From the NCBI GenBank assembly GCA_963823665.1, contig CAWGMQ010000003.1, forward strand, positions 1 to 64,000: 64,000 nt of DNA, written 5' to 3'. The translations under genes were made by a program, and so were the position numbers. Numbering within the stretch: the stretch's first letter is position 1; every line of letters starts with the position of its first letter. Origin of the DNA: an uncultured Planctomycetota bacterium. GTDB lineage: Bacteria; Planctomycetota; Planctomycetia; Isosphaerales; Isosphaeraceae. This document shows, piece by piece, positions 1-10,742 of the stretch. The notes beneath the pieces were generated by a model. The model had not been told where the DNA came from, made no database searches, and saw only the letters and a program-made list of their open reading frames with translations.

Positions 1-815
1 GAGGCTTTTGAGTGGGCCCGCAAGAACACGCGTCCTGATGATCTCATCCGGCAGCCTTCGCTGAAGGTTCACCGCTCCTATGCCTCCGCGTGCTCTTCCG
101 CCAGACCGGCGAGAAGGCCGAACCAGTGGAGTTCGACGGCCGACATCACGCCGAACTCGGGCCTCTGGGACGAGAGCCAGTAGGCCCCGAGCTCGATGCC
201 CTGGCCGGGGGAGGGGGCAAGCCGAGGGGCGGCGCTCCAGCGAGTCGCGGCTCCGCGGTCCTTTTCACGGCCGACACGATCGCCGACGTGGCCGCCGAAA
301 ACGGCCATGGCGCTGGGGAGGCAACTGGTACATGCCGATGCTGGTGGGCCAGCAAACGACTCCGATGGTGCTTCAGCTCGCGGTTGCTCATGCCTTGTCG
401 AAGCGGTCCGACCCTGCGCGAGCAAAACGGTATCTCGCCGCACTGGAGACCACGTGCGATTACTTTCTTGGCTGCAACGTGCTGAACATGACGTGGGCTA
501 TGGCCTGGGGCCGCGGCATCCGGAGCAGGTCTTTCATATGGACGCCTGGTACAACGGCAAGGGGCCTGCCCCATCCGGGTATCATCCCGTATGGGCCCTG
601 GCGGAAGGATCATGACGTTGGCCAGGGACCATGGGACGTCGCCTGGCCATTCAAGACGGTCTACCCGCCCATCGACTCCTGGCCGGGCAACTCAGCGGTG
701 GTTTGACAACCGCTGCTCACCGCTCAACAGCGAGTTCACCATCCACCAGAACACAGCACCCTCTGCGACGCTTTTCGGGCTGCTTTGTGCGCCCGGGGTC
801 GCAGAGGGCGGGTGA
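1..815 (+). CDS. Glycoside hydrolase family 9-like protein, C-terminal part (frameshifted, 5' end outside window)
   Basis: Stitched frames give DYFLGCNVLNMTW..GLGPRHPEQVFHMDAWYNG..PGIIPYGPW..EFTIHQNTAPSA, resembling the GH9 C-terminal catalytic region. Confidence 0.7.
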
Positions 816-1267
816 ACGACAAGCGTCCCGGTTCGAAATGCGGCGCGGTAAGCCGATGGAATCATATCGTCTTCCACGGGTCGTGAGGCCAGGCAACATC
901 GACGCTGACCAGGCGCCGCTTCGCGCCGCGACGGCCGGACTTCGAGCTTAGGGCCCTGGGTTGTCAGACCAATTCCGTAGCCTTCGCGATCCAGGCGCCA
1001 GCTCCCAGGCAAGCAGCTACTCAAAGTGAACGGGAAATTGCGGATGATTTCCGATTCGGTTGGCTGGATCAGAACGCGATATTCGTGCAGGCGAAGAGAA
1101 CCTGAGAACGGTTGAGCCGGAGTGAAAACAAAGCCGTGTTTCTCGACATGGAAATCTGACATCCTCCGGGAACTGGCTCTTGAAGTATCGTACTCGTCTG
1201 ACGACTGGCGCGATGTAGGATATTGGAATTCGAGGTTCAGCGATTCTCCAGCTCAAAGGGCCAGACA

Positions 1268-2346
1268 ATGAGCAGGCTCGCGAATTCCGGTTGGACGGCG
1301 GTGATGGTTGCGGTCGCGGTGATCGGCGGGCGCGATCTGCGCCGTGGATCGGCCGGTGGCGGCGATCGTTGCGGAGGCCGACTCGCTCAAGACGCCGGCC
1401 CCGGACCAGAAGAGAATGAGTACCGATCCGGCGTACAGGAAAGAACACTTCAGCAATCTGCGCGAGGCGAACCAGAAGCGGGCCAAGCTCACACTCGAGC
1501 TGTACAAGGCTGCCCCGAAACACGAACGAATCCCGCCTTGATGCAGGAGCGCGGCGAAGCCTGCGCACGGCCGACGCTGAGTCTGCCGTCAAGTTATTCA
1601 AGGAGGTCGACGAGGTCGCGGCTGCTACCGGCAACCAAGACTTGAAAATTGAGGGGGCCTATCTCCGAGCGCGGTTCGAGTTATTCGAGAGTCGGCCGAA
1701 CGGTTTCCCGGACCTGACGGCACTCACGGAGTTCTTCAAATTGCGCCGGCGGATGATTACCGAGGCGGCAGGATGCTGACGAGACTCGTGACTCAGGCCG
1801 ATGAGAAAACGAAGGGTGCTCTCGAGGATCGAATTATCAAGGACTTCCCCGAGACAAATTCGCCGGCAACTCTCGTTGGAGCTCGCCGCGAGCGCGAAGC
1901 GATCGGCAAGCCGTTCGAGCTCGAATTCAACGACGCGATCGGCGGCAAGACAGTCTCGATCAAGAACCTCAAGGGCAAGGTGGTCGTCATCGACTTCTGG
2001 GCGACCTGGTGCGGCCCGTGCGTCGCCGAGATGCCCCGAATGAGGGTGCTTTATAACAAATACCGCGGCCGGGGTGTCGAGTTCATTGGCGTCAGCCTGG
2101 GATGAAACCAGGGAAGAAGGTGGGTCCGACAAGCTCAAGAAGTTCGTCCAGGAGCAAGAGATTGCGTGGCCGCAGTACTACCAGGGGAAGGGGTGGAACA
2201 GTGAGTTCTCGACATCGTGGGGAATCGATGCGATTCCAGCGGTGTTCATCATTGATACGGAAGGAAAGTTATTCTCCGTCAAAGCGCGAGGCAAGCTCGA
2301 CGAAATGATTCCAACGTTGCTCGAGAAGAAGAAGTCTCTCAACTGA
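1268..2346 (+). CDS. TlpA/ResA-family thiol-disulfide oxidoreductase (frameshifted)
   Basis: Signal-peptide-like N-terminus; GKVVVIDFWATWCGPC motif; C-terminal WGIDAIPAVFIIDTEGKL; split over several ORFs. Confidence 0.85.
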
Positions 2347-2387
2347 CGGGCTCTATCCTCATCTGTCCAGGCATCACGAGGTTTCCC

Positions 2388-3039
2388 ATGTCGACGGTTC
2401 CGACGACGACGATGATCATCCCGGGAGCCGCTCCCGCTTCGGCGATGCATCGCTTCACCGTCGATGAGTACGAGCGGATCATCCCTTCGGGCGCCCTCAA
2501 GGATCCCGACAAAATTGAGCTGGTGAATGGCTACATGGTGGACAAGATGGCAAAGAGCCCGGCAGCATGGCTATTCGACGAGGAAAACCCTTGATGGGCT
2601 CGTGAGCCTGATCGGCCGGGCTTGACCTGGGTGCTCGGAGCAGCCGGTCCGCATACCGGAATACGATGAGCCGGAGCCGGACGTGGCGATCGTGCGGGGG
2701 TCAACCTAGGATTATGCCTATCGGATACCCGACCCTCATGACGTCGAACTCCTGGTCGAGGTGTCGCTCACAACGCTCGAGCAAGTCCGGGGCGAAAAAC
2801 GAGTGGCTTATTCGCGTGGTCGGATCCCGGCGTACTGGATCATCAATCTAGCGGATCGCCAGGTGGAGGCATTTGCCAATCCAGGGCCGGAGGGATACGG
2901 TTCGAGCCAGGTTTATCGAGAAGGGGAAGGGGTCCCCGTTGTGATCGGTGGCGTCAGATTCGGCGAGATCGCCGTGAGCGACATTCTGCCTCCGCCGGCC
3001 CCCGCGGCCAATCCGCCATCCGGCGGTAACGGACCGTGA
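2388..3039 (+). CDS. Uma2/DUF820-family putative endonuclease (frameshifted, possible pseudogene)
   Basis: HRFTVDEYERI..IELVNG..EPEPDVAIV..AYSRGRIPAYWIINL motifs; frameshifts and a TAG near 2708. Confidence 0.8.
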
Positions 3040-3291
3040 AATCCAATGCAGGACACTGGATCGCCTGTTGCGTTTCGGCCGCGGCACGCGGATGCTCGCT
3101 GTCGGCATCGACGGGGTGTGACAGCGTGCAGGTAGGCGGGGACAAGCGACGGAAATGCACAGAAGCTTACTCGAATCGACAACGTGCCGTTTTTTGGAGT
3201 GTCGCCCGGCAGTTTGAGCTAGGGTTTGAGTAAGAGGCCGATCGAATGCGACCTCGCATCGTTCGAATCGCTCAGCTCGGAGACCCTGCCC

Positions 3292-3468
3292 ATGTCTCGC
3301 GCCGTTCGATTGATCAGTCGATTTCTGGACAGCGAAGACGGACCGACTGCTGTCGAGTATGCCGTGATGCTGGGGTTAATCGTCATCGCCGCCATCGGCG
3401 TCGTCACGAACCTCACCACGACCGTCAGCGGCACGTTCAGCTCGGTGAGCAGCGCAATGGGAAGCTAG
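3292..3468 (+). CDS. Flp-family type IVb pilin
   Basis: 58 aa, RFLDSEDGPTAVEYAVMLGLIVIAAI prepilin/Flp motif. Confidence 0.9.
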   Translation: MSRAVRLISRFLDSEDGPTAVEYAVMLGLIVIAAIGVVTNLTTTVSGTFSSVSSAMGS

Positions 3469-3519
3469 CGGACGTGCGCTCGCATAAGGAAGCACGCATT
3501 GGCTCGGAAGTCTGGGGAT

Positions 3520-4170
3520 TTAGATAGTCGCCGGCTCGTCTGCCTCGGGGGCCGCCGCCGACAGCGGCTCAGCAACCTCCTCGAGCGACGTCCGCTCGGC
3601 CTTGACCCCGAAGTTCAGAACCACGATGACCGTACCGAGGAGCATCGCGGCCGCAAGCAGGTCGCCGTAAAGAATGTAAATCCGCGCCCCTTTGTCGATC
3701 AGACGGCCGAACAGCCACGACGACAGCGGCCCGCCCAGTGCCGTGCCGGTCGAGTAGAACAAGGCAATCGCCAGCCCGCGCAGCTCCAGCGGGAAGATTT
3801 CGCTGACGGTCAGATACGCCGAGGCTCGCCGCCGCCGAGGCGAAGAAAAAGATGATGCCCCACGCGACGGTCTGCGTTGTCGCTGTGAGCACGCCCCGCT
3901 CGAACAGGAAACCCGTCACAACCAGCAGCGAGGCCGAGACCGCATACGTACTGGCAACCCGTTCTGACTGCTCGAAAAACCAAGCGTGTCTGGCCGTTGC
4001 AGCACCGGGCTAACAGCCCCGACGAGGGTGACCTCCAGGCCGTCGATGACCCAGGTGATGCCGAGTGCTAGAACCACTCGCCAATGCCATCCGCTCCACG
4101 GCAAGCGGTCGAGCCGCGAGGGTATGTTTGACCGGAATGTCCCGCGATCAATCACCGCCGCTGCATTCAT
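3520..4170 (-). pseudogene. MFS (sugar-porter-like) transporter with large internal deletion
   Basis: N-terminus SRLDRLPWSGWHWRVVLALGITWVIDGLEVTLVG is joined near 3955 to C-terminal helices (IIFFFASAAAS..GVKAERTSLEEVAEPLS); only ~650 bp in total; GGAGG RBS. Confidence 0.8.
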
Positions 4171-4234
4171 CGCCTCCCCTTTACCCTGGCTTTGGACTCG
4201 CTCGCAAAACCTGGGCCAAGATCGCTGATACGCC

Positions 4235-4510
4235 GAGGGCTCCGGGGGCCACACGCCGCTCTTCCACACCGTCGTCAACCTGGCCGCGGGAATGGGCCTG
4301 TTCGACGACTCAAAGGCGAGGCTCCTCCTCGACCATGCGCCGATCCCAACGCCCGGGCGACCTTCCGGCGGGACGCCCAGTTCCACGACAAGGTCCCCAC
4401 CGACGCGCTTCACGGCGTTACGCCCGTCGGCTATGCCCGCCGATACTCCGACCGACGTAGTGTGAACGCCCCGGCGCTCTCGGCGATCGTCGAGCGCGGG
4501 GAAGGAGTGA
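4235..4510 (+). pseudogene. Ankyrin-repeat protein C-terminal fragment
   Basis: Manual translation GGHTPLFHTVVN..ARLLLDH/ADPNARATFR..GVTPVGYAR; no start codon; ends just before element copy 1. Confidence 0.55.
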
Positions 4511-4521
4511 GCCCACCTTCG

Positions 4522-4661
4522 GGGAAGCAAGACAGCCACCCATTCGTCGGGAATCAAACATGAAACCGTGCGGGCAAAGGCGCGGCCAGACACCCATTCT
4601 CTCCGAGTGATCCATCGATGGCTGCCTCGAACTCGCCAAAACGCTGGGTGTCTTGAATCCC
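4522..4661 (+). repeat. 140-bp dispersed element, full copy 1
   Basis: gggaagcaagacagccacc...acgctgggtgtcttgaatccc; aligns without gaps to copies at 20037, 21545 and 25871. Confidence 0.95.
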
Positions 4662-4867
4662 CTGGAAGACCAGGCACCCGTGTAGGATCTTTTCTGAGAA
4701 AGCCAGGAACTTGCATGATCACGCCTGCCAGAGCGGTGAGTTGAACTATAGTCGAAGCATAACACTCCGTCCTATGAAAGACCTACCAGCGGAATCATCG
4801 ACAAGGACTCAGCGCGACTCCTCGGAAACAGCGCAAATCTAGCGAACGGCTTTCGCTGAGTTCGGGT

Positions 4868-5155
4868 CTAATTCGTGCGCCAGCGCATCGCGGTGCGAGC
4901 ACGCAGCTCGGCCCACCTCGCGGGATTCCAATCCTCGTCGGGCTCGGCTTTCATCTTCAAGATCGATGCGATTTTCCAGGCGGCGAAGTTGCGCACCTCG
5001 ATCCTGGAGAAAGTGAACGCTGCAAACGGACCTTGGTACAGCGACGGGTTCGATTTTTCGTCGCGTACCTCGTCATCGTCGAGAAAATGAGAAATGATAT
5101 CGCGCCGCGACGTCCGTCGCACCACGGTCGAACGGGCGAACCGTCGCCGGTTCAT
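4868..5155 (-). CDS. Hypothetical protein or gene fragment between element copies 1 and 2
   Basis: C-terminal part (ISHFLDDDEVRDEKSNPSLYQGP..EVRNFAAWKIASIL) looks protein-like; 5' end unclear. Confidence 0.4.
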   Translation of the reverse strand: MNRRRFARSTVVRRTSRRDIISHFLDDDEVRDEKSNPSLYQGPFAAFTFSRIEVRNFAAWKIASILKMKAEPDEDWNPARWAELRARTAMRWRTN

Positions 5156-5178
5156 GGTCAGTTGCCCTCGCCGCGGAA

Positions 5179-5228
5179 CCATCAATGACTGCCTCAAACT
5201 CGCCAAAACGCTGGGTGTCTTGAAACCC
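5179..5228 (+). repeat. 140-bp element, right-end-only copy 2 (50 bp)
   Basis: ccatcaatgactgcctcaaactcgccaaaacgctgggtgtcttgaaaccc matches consensus positions 91-140. Confidence 0.9.
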
Positions 5229-5385
5229 CGGGTGATTCGGCCAGGTTGGTCCGCGGTGAGCCGGCGGGGACCGGGATTCCCATCACCCGGGGAATCGGAG
5301 GCGGACCCCGGAATTCATGAAACGACACCGATTTCCCCCTGAAATGCCACGAAATTCCCTCGACACCAATTTCCGCTCCCGGACT

Positions 5386-7569
5386 TTATTGACGGGCCAG
5401 CGCCTCGGCCACGGCCTTCTCGAGCGGCTCGCCGTGGAGGCCCCTGGCGATCAGGTTGCCGTCCGGGCCGATCAGGAAGGTCGGGTACGGCGGTCCGACG
5501 TTGTATTCGAGCACGATCGGATCGGCCCCGCGGTCTCGGAGGACGGTTTGCGGCCAGGTCATGTCGTTGGCTTTGATGATGCGCTCGACGTCCGCGGGGT
5601 CGCTGCCCAGATTAAGGCCGAGCATCGCGAACCGATCATCCCGGCCGGACCGGTCGTGGATCCTCTTGAGGGTCGGGAGTTCCTGGAGGCCGTGGACCGG
5701 GTAGCCGAAGTGGAGCAGGACGACCTTGCCGCGCAGGCCGGCGAGGCTCAGCTCGCGGCCGTCGAGCGTCTTGACCGCGAACGCCGGCGCCAGCTTGCCC
5801 ACCTCGGGCGGCTTCGGCTTCTTCCGGAGGACCAAGGTCAGCTCGGCGGAGCCGCCCTCCGGGAGGTTGATGCGGTGCAGCTCCCGGGGGACGTAGGCGC
5901 CTTCCCGGTCCCAGGCGGTGATCTCATACTCGTGGTCGGGCATAAGGCTCTGGCTGCGATACCGGCCGTCCGCCTGCTGGATGAAGCGGGAGCCATAGTC
6001 GCCGCCCCGCCGATTGAAGCCCGCGTTGACTTGGGGGTCGTGCAGGACAGTCCCGTCCTCGGTCCGGACGGTAGCGATCACGGTGGCCGCTCGGTAGCTG
6101 ACCACCGTGATCTTGCGATCCCGGTCGAGCGTCCCGAGCTGACCGCCGCCCCAGTATTTCAGCGGGCCGTTCTCCTCCAGGCGGGTCTTGTAAGCGACGG
6201 TCTCATCCGACGGGAAAGTGGATAGATTGGCATCTCGCAATCCTTCGGGAGCCCGGAAGGCGATCCGGCCGTTTTCGTCAGGGCGGTCCTGCATGGCCCA
6301 GTCAATCCGGTCGGCGGTGTCTTGCGGTTCGGGGTCGTTGATCTGCGACGCGAGACCGCCTCCGACGGTCGAGTGGGCTCCGAAGGGATTGGCCTGGCCC
6401 TGCTCGTTCGGGATGAGGCCCCAGACTTTGGCCGGGCTGCCGGCCGCGGGCTGGCCCCGTGAATCGACGAACCGAATTTCGACCTCCACGGTCGGAACCT
6501 CGCGAAGTACTAGCGGCGGGGGAAGGGCGCCCTCCTGGAGGTACACCCTCACCGGCTGGATGACCCGGATCGGCTTCGAAAGCGCCGAAAGATCCGGCGA
6601 TACTCCGCCTGATCCATCCTGCCCCTGACCGTAGACCAGGTAATTCGCAGGGCGGAGCGGACCCAGCGAGAAGGTTCCGTCGGCCTCGGTCGTGGCGAAG
6701 TGCTCGTCCCGGCCCCGGACGGCATAGGCCTTGATCGTCTGGCCGGCGATCGGCCGGCCGTCGAGGTCGAGCATCCGTCCCGAGAGCCGGACTCCGCGCG
6801 AGAGCACGATCCGGCCGAAGTCGGTCGGAGCCCAAACATCCGGATGCTCGGCGGACCGGTCCGTACCCCAGAAGTGCTGATAGGGTGCATACGGGAACCT
6901 CGCGCGGGCCGGTTGGGGGGGAGTGATGTAGAGGGCCACCGCCTGGGATTTCGGCATCCGCAGGCGGAACCGGCCTTCATCGTCCGTCCGACCTTCGTCG
7001 TCGTTCATGAATTGGCGCGAGCGATTGTTCCCCCAGGCCCAGTTCTCGAACCGATAGGGCACACCGGCGGCCGGCTTGCCCGCCGGCGTGACGATCTGGC
7101 CCGTGTACTCCGCCCCTTTCTCGAGGGTGATCGTCTCGAAGAAGGGCTTGTCGCCCTTGGCCGCGCCGCGGATCACCGCGGCGAGTGTGACACCGAGGGA
7201 TTTCCGGGGGATGTAGCCGGGATGCTTGATGCGGAGGGCCAGGGACAGCCTCCGCTCGGCGACCTGATCGGGCGGGAACTCCAGCCGGAACCGACCGTCG
7301 GCATCGGTCCGGATCATCGTCTCGCCCACCCAGGAGGGAATCGCCCCGGGCGGGACGCCGGGGATCGATCGCACCGCCACAATCGAGGCGCCATCCACGG
7401 GCTTGCTGGTCTCCACATCGACCACTCGGCCCGAAAACGCCGCGCCCCTCTCGGATCCGTCCTCGTCTCTCGCGACTGCGGCCGGCCCGACGATGAGCAG
7501 CAGGCCGGCCAGCACCCCACTTATCGCCAGCGGTCGAATCAGGCCTCGGGCGGACGGGGATCGGAACAT
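5386..7569 (-). CDS. Secreted carboxypeptidase-regulatory-like repeat protein with C-terminal redoxin-fold domain
   Basis: Signal peptide; repeated GRVVD..G.P..G / TDADGRFRL beta-sandwich motifs; C-terminal VGKLAPAFAVKTLDGRELSLAGLRGKVVLLHF; GGAGG RBS. Confidence 0.8.
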   Translation of the reverse strand: MFRSPSARGLIRPLAISGVLAGLLLIVGPAAVARDEDGSERGAAFSGRVVDVETSKPVDGASIVAVRSIPGVPPGAIPSWVGETMIRTDADGRFRLEFPPDQVAERRLSLALRIKHPGYIPRKSLGVTLAAVIRGAAKGDKPFFETITLEKGAEYTGQIVTPAGKPAAGVPYRFENWAWGNNRSRQFMNDDEGRTDDEGRFRLRMPKSQAVALYITPPQPARARFPYAPYQHFWGTDRSAEHPDVWAPTDFGRIVLSRGVRLSGRMLDLDGRPIAGQTIKAYAVRGRDEHFATTEADGTFSLGPLRPANYLVYGQGQDGSGGVSPDLSALSKPIRVIQPVRVYLQEGALPPPLVLREVPTVEVEIRFVDSRGQPAAGSPAKVWGLIPNEQGQANPFGAHSTVGGGLASQINDPEPQDTADRIDWAMQDRPDENGRIAFRAPEGLRDANLSTFPSDETVAYKTRLEENGPLKYWGGGQLGTLDRDRKITVVSYRAATVIATVRTEDGTVLHDPQVNAGFNRRGGDYGSRFIQQADGRYRSQSLMPDHEYEITAWDREGAYVPRELHRINLPEGGSAELTLVLRKKPKPPEVGKLAPAFAVKTLDGRELSLAGLRGKVVLLHFGYPVHGLQELPTLKRIHDRSGRDDRFAMLGLNLGSDPADVERIIKANDMTWPQTVLRDRGADPIVLEYNVGPPYPTFLIGPDGNLIARGLHGEPLEKAVAEALARQ

Positions 7570-8114
7570 AGTCGTGCCTCCCGGATGGTGATGCACCACT
7601 TGCCATGGAAGGGTAGATGAGCGGATGGTGCGTTCTCGAACGGGAATCGCCGGGCGATGACTTGTTCCCGCTCGGGGAGGCATCGCGCTCGCGTATGGAG
7701 GTCTACCTGGATGTTTCTACAGCACAATGACATACAGGCTTCGTGTATGCGGTCCGAGTGCTCCATGTGCGTGATTGTCGCTCCGATCCTACCTATTTTG
7801 AAAGCCCCTGCGTGACGATACTCGGTCATGGCTCGCTAGGCTGATCGTGTCTCCGGTACCGTAGGTCTTGGTTCCCAGCGGGCTTACCGAGTCGCTGTCC
7901 GAGCCCTCGTCGGAGATGACCTCGCTGCTCGTGGTGACCGTGGGCAATTGCGAGTTGGTGTTGTTCTGGATGACGCGTGGCCCGATGACAGCACCGGACC
8001 GGACATCTCTCTTTTTGTATCTAGTAAGATGGATTACGATATCGATCAAGCACTTAATGTGGCGTCGCAACGCGGGCGTTCAACTCGACCTGGATGGTGC
8101 GACTGGACAATCAG

Positions 8115-8747
8115 ATGGCAAGCTTTACTACCCTTTTCGTTGCTTCCGACGCCACGCTGACAGTGCTTTTCCCTGGTTGGCGAGCGGCGCGGGCTGCTCC
8201 GGCCAAAGTCGCGAGGAAGAACCCATTTACCGGCGATGTGACAAAAGTTGACGACTGGGACCCGGGTCCTCCCGCTGAATTACCCCTTGGCTTCACTCTC
8301 TTCGACAGTCGCCGCCGCGAGGTGATTGCGCCGGTTCTCCCGCCTGACGACGAATACCAGTCCTTGCTCGAGGATGGATCGCCAATTCTCCTTCGCACGG
8401 TTCCCCACAGCGCAATGAAAGGGATCAGCGAAGTCGAGCTGAGCGCGCTGGCCGAATCGATGGTGGGGCGATCGGAACCTCCGGCGCGCTTTGTGGATTG
8501 TCCGGAAGGAGAGGGGTTCATCGGGGCTCTGCCGACGCGAGCAATCGTACCGCTCGCGACGTTAGACGACGATCAAATGCAGGCGGGGCGTCCTCTGGAC
8601 AGCCGGCGAGGTCCACTTCCTTCCCACGCCGCTGCGGGGGACCTTCCCGCCGCTCCACTCGCTCAGCCGCCGCTTCGGTCATTGGTTATCGGGCTTCGAA
8701 CGAGTCTTCTCCCGCGAACCCGCCCGCGATCGGCAATGGTAAAGTAA
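8115..8747 (+). CDS. Hypothetical protein (3' end uncertain)
   Basis: MASFTTLFVASD..RKNPFTG.. has globular protein-like composition for ~155 aa. Confidence 0.55.
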   Translation: MASFTTLFVASDATLTVLFPGWRAARAAPAKVARKNPFTGDVTKVDDWDPGPPAELPLGFTLFDSRRREVIAPVLPPDDEYQSLLEDGSPILLRTVPHSAMKGISEVELSALAESMVGRSEPPARFVDCPEGEGFIGALPTRAIVPLATLDDDQMQAGRPLDSRRGPLPSHAAAGDLPAAPLAQPPLRSLVIGLRTSLLPRTRPRSAMVK

Positions 8748-8777
8748 CCCGCCCCGCGACCATTCACCAGCATTCGC

Positions 8778-10424
8778 TCACAGCCCGCTCAAGTCGAGGG
8801 CCGTCAGCTTGATACCCTTCTTGAGTCCCAGCGCCTTGACCACTTGCTCGTTCGCCGGAATCGTCAAGCTCTTCCGCGGCGAGACGCAAATGCCCGTCAG
8901 CACCTTGGGCGTTTCGTCCTCGGGACTGTTGGTTCCCAAGAGTGCGATTCCATTAAGAATCATCGGAGACGCATTTTCGATCCGGATCTGGTAGATGAGC
9001 TTCCCTTTCTCACGAGTCGTCGCTCCCTTGATCACCTGCGCCCGGACCAGGCGATTCAAGAGGCCCTCGGCCAACCCATCGGCGAACCGAGTCGCGTCGA
9101 ACTTCTCCTGACCATGCACTAGCGGAAGATTGAACTTGCCGAACTGTACCCAGTTCGACGCCGACGCGTCACTGCTGAGAACCTGTACCGACGCTTCTTC
9201 ACCCTTCAGCTTCACACGGCAACCAATCGCCGCACCCTCGGGACGCGCCAAAAGCTTATCCGATACCTGGGCTACCAAACCCAGAATGTACTTGCCTGCC
9301 AGCGCCTTGCTCAACTCGGCTGCGCTGCCTTGCGTCGCTTCATCTGAACCCACAACCTCGATGAACAGACGGCCGCTCTCACCCACCGCCAGCGTGTCCA
9401 GTCGGTCCACGAATTCCTTCGCAAGGGTCAACTCGTGACGATTCGACCAGCTTCGCGATAGCTGCGCGATCGTGTTCCAGTCCAGTCCCGCCGCAAGATT
9501 CCACATTACCAGTTGCGACAGGGACGTCGGCGCCTTGTCGGCCGCCAGTCGCTTGAGGGCTTTTTGAACCCGTATGTCGTCATTGACATCGGAAATATCT
9601 CCCACGATCTGAAGCGGTTCACCTTCTTGGGTAAGCCGCAGCCCCGTTTCCGGATCAGGCGTGGAAATACTCACCAAGCGCGTCGGAAGATGCCGCGTCT
9701 GACCGGGGGCCAGCACGGCTGATGGAAGCGAAGTGGGGGGCACCGATCGCATGCCACCGCCCATGCCTCCCATGCCGCCGCCCATGCCACCCATGCCGCC
9801 GCCCATGCCGCCCATGCCTCTCATCCCCATCATCCCGATCATGAGGCTGCGCATGTCCCAGCTATCGGGGTCGCCGCAGAAATACATGATAATTCGGGCT
9901 AACATCATCATGCCCATCGTGGCGGGCATGGTACCGGACGAGCGTCCCATACTGCCCATGCCTCGCATGCCACCCCCTCCACCGCCCATTCCACCGCCCA
10001 TGCCGCCGCCCATACCGCCTCCCATGCCGCCACCCATACCACCGCCCATACCACCGCCCATACCACCGCCCATACCACCGCCCATGCCTCCCATGCCGCC
10101 CATCTGTCCGGTGGCGCCTTGCGCGATGATACCCGGGGGCAAGACGACGCGTAGCTGGTGACGGGTGCGATTGGTGATCGAGACTGTCATGCGGCCATCG
10201 TCCCGACCTTTGGCCGAGACACTGATCTCACCCTTGCGAGCGGCCTCGAGCAAGTTAACCTCCGGAATATCCACATCCGCCGACTGTTGCAACGTCCGCG
10301 CCGAGGTCTTCGACGGGCGGCTCTTCGCGGGGGACTTGCCTGGAGGATCATCTGCGAAAGAGTGGTTGAGAGGTATGCAGCCTGCCAGGCTAATCGCGAA
10401 AAATGTGCGTACGTAATGATTCAT
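8778..10424 (-). CDS. Secreted hypothetical protein with (GGMG)n Gly/Met-rich tracts
   Basis: 548-aa ORF, signal-like N-terminus, two GGMG tracts. Confidence 0.8.
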   Translation of the reverse strand: MNHYVRTFFAISLAGCIPLNHSFADDPPGKSPAKSRPSKTSARTLQQSADVDIPEVNLLEAARKGEISVSAKGRDDGRMTVSITNRTRHQLRVVLPPGIIAQGATGQMGGMGGMGGGMGGGMGGGMGGGMGGGMGGGMGGGMGGGMGGGGGGMRGMGSMGRSSGTMPATMGMMMLARIIMYFCGDPDSWDMRSLMIGMMGMRGMGGMGGGMGGMGGGMGGMGGGMRSVPPTSLPSAVLAPGQTRHLPTRLVSISTPDPETGLRLTQEGEPLQIVGDISDVNDDIRVQKALKRLAADKAPTSLSQLVMWNLAAGLDWNTIAQLSRSWSNRHELTLAKEFVDRLDTLAVGESGRLFIEVVGSDEATQGSAAELSKALAGKYILGLVAQVSDKLLARPEGAAIGCRVKLKGEEASVQVLSSDASASNWVQFGKFNLPLVHGQEKFDATRFADGLAEGLLNRLVRAQVIKGATTREKGKLIYQIRIENASPMILNGIALLGTNSPEDETPKVLTGICVSPRKSLTIPANEQVVKALGLKKGIKLTALDLSGL

Positions 10425-10742
10425 CGAATCGTGCCTTTCTTTTGAAGAGCATGAACCAATCGAGCTGCGCGTGATTTACGCGCAAAAATATGTTAAGTCT
10501 TTTTTGACTACTTGGTTCCCCCGGAACCTGGTGCGTGATGCACCCCGGACGGCGGGAAGCGATCGCGGCCTCTGGTTGAGGGTGAGGAGCGATCGCGCGC
10601 GATGGATGATCATGTCGGCGAACGATCGCTCGCTGCCGATCGTGGTGGCGTCATGTCAATCAAGCGCCACGTGACCCGAGGGCGCTGTCGTACGGAAGCA
10701 ATCCTGCGAGCGCGCAACAGGGGCGCCGGAAGGACGAAGGGC

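Noticed and set aside
7789..8070. Ser/Thr/Asp-rich ORF as an RHS or adhesin fragment
   Set aside because: Too short and no diagnostic motif, so it cannot be supported.
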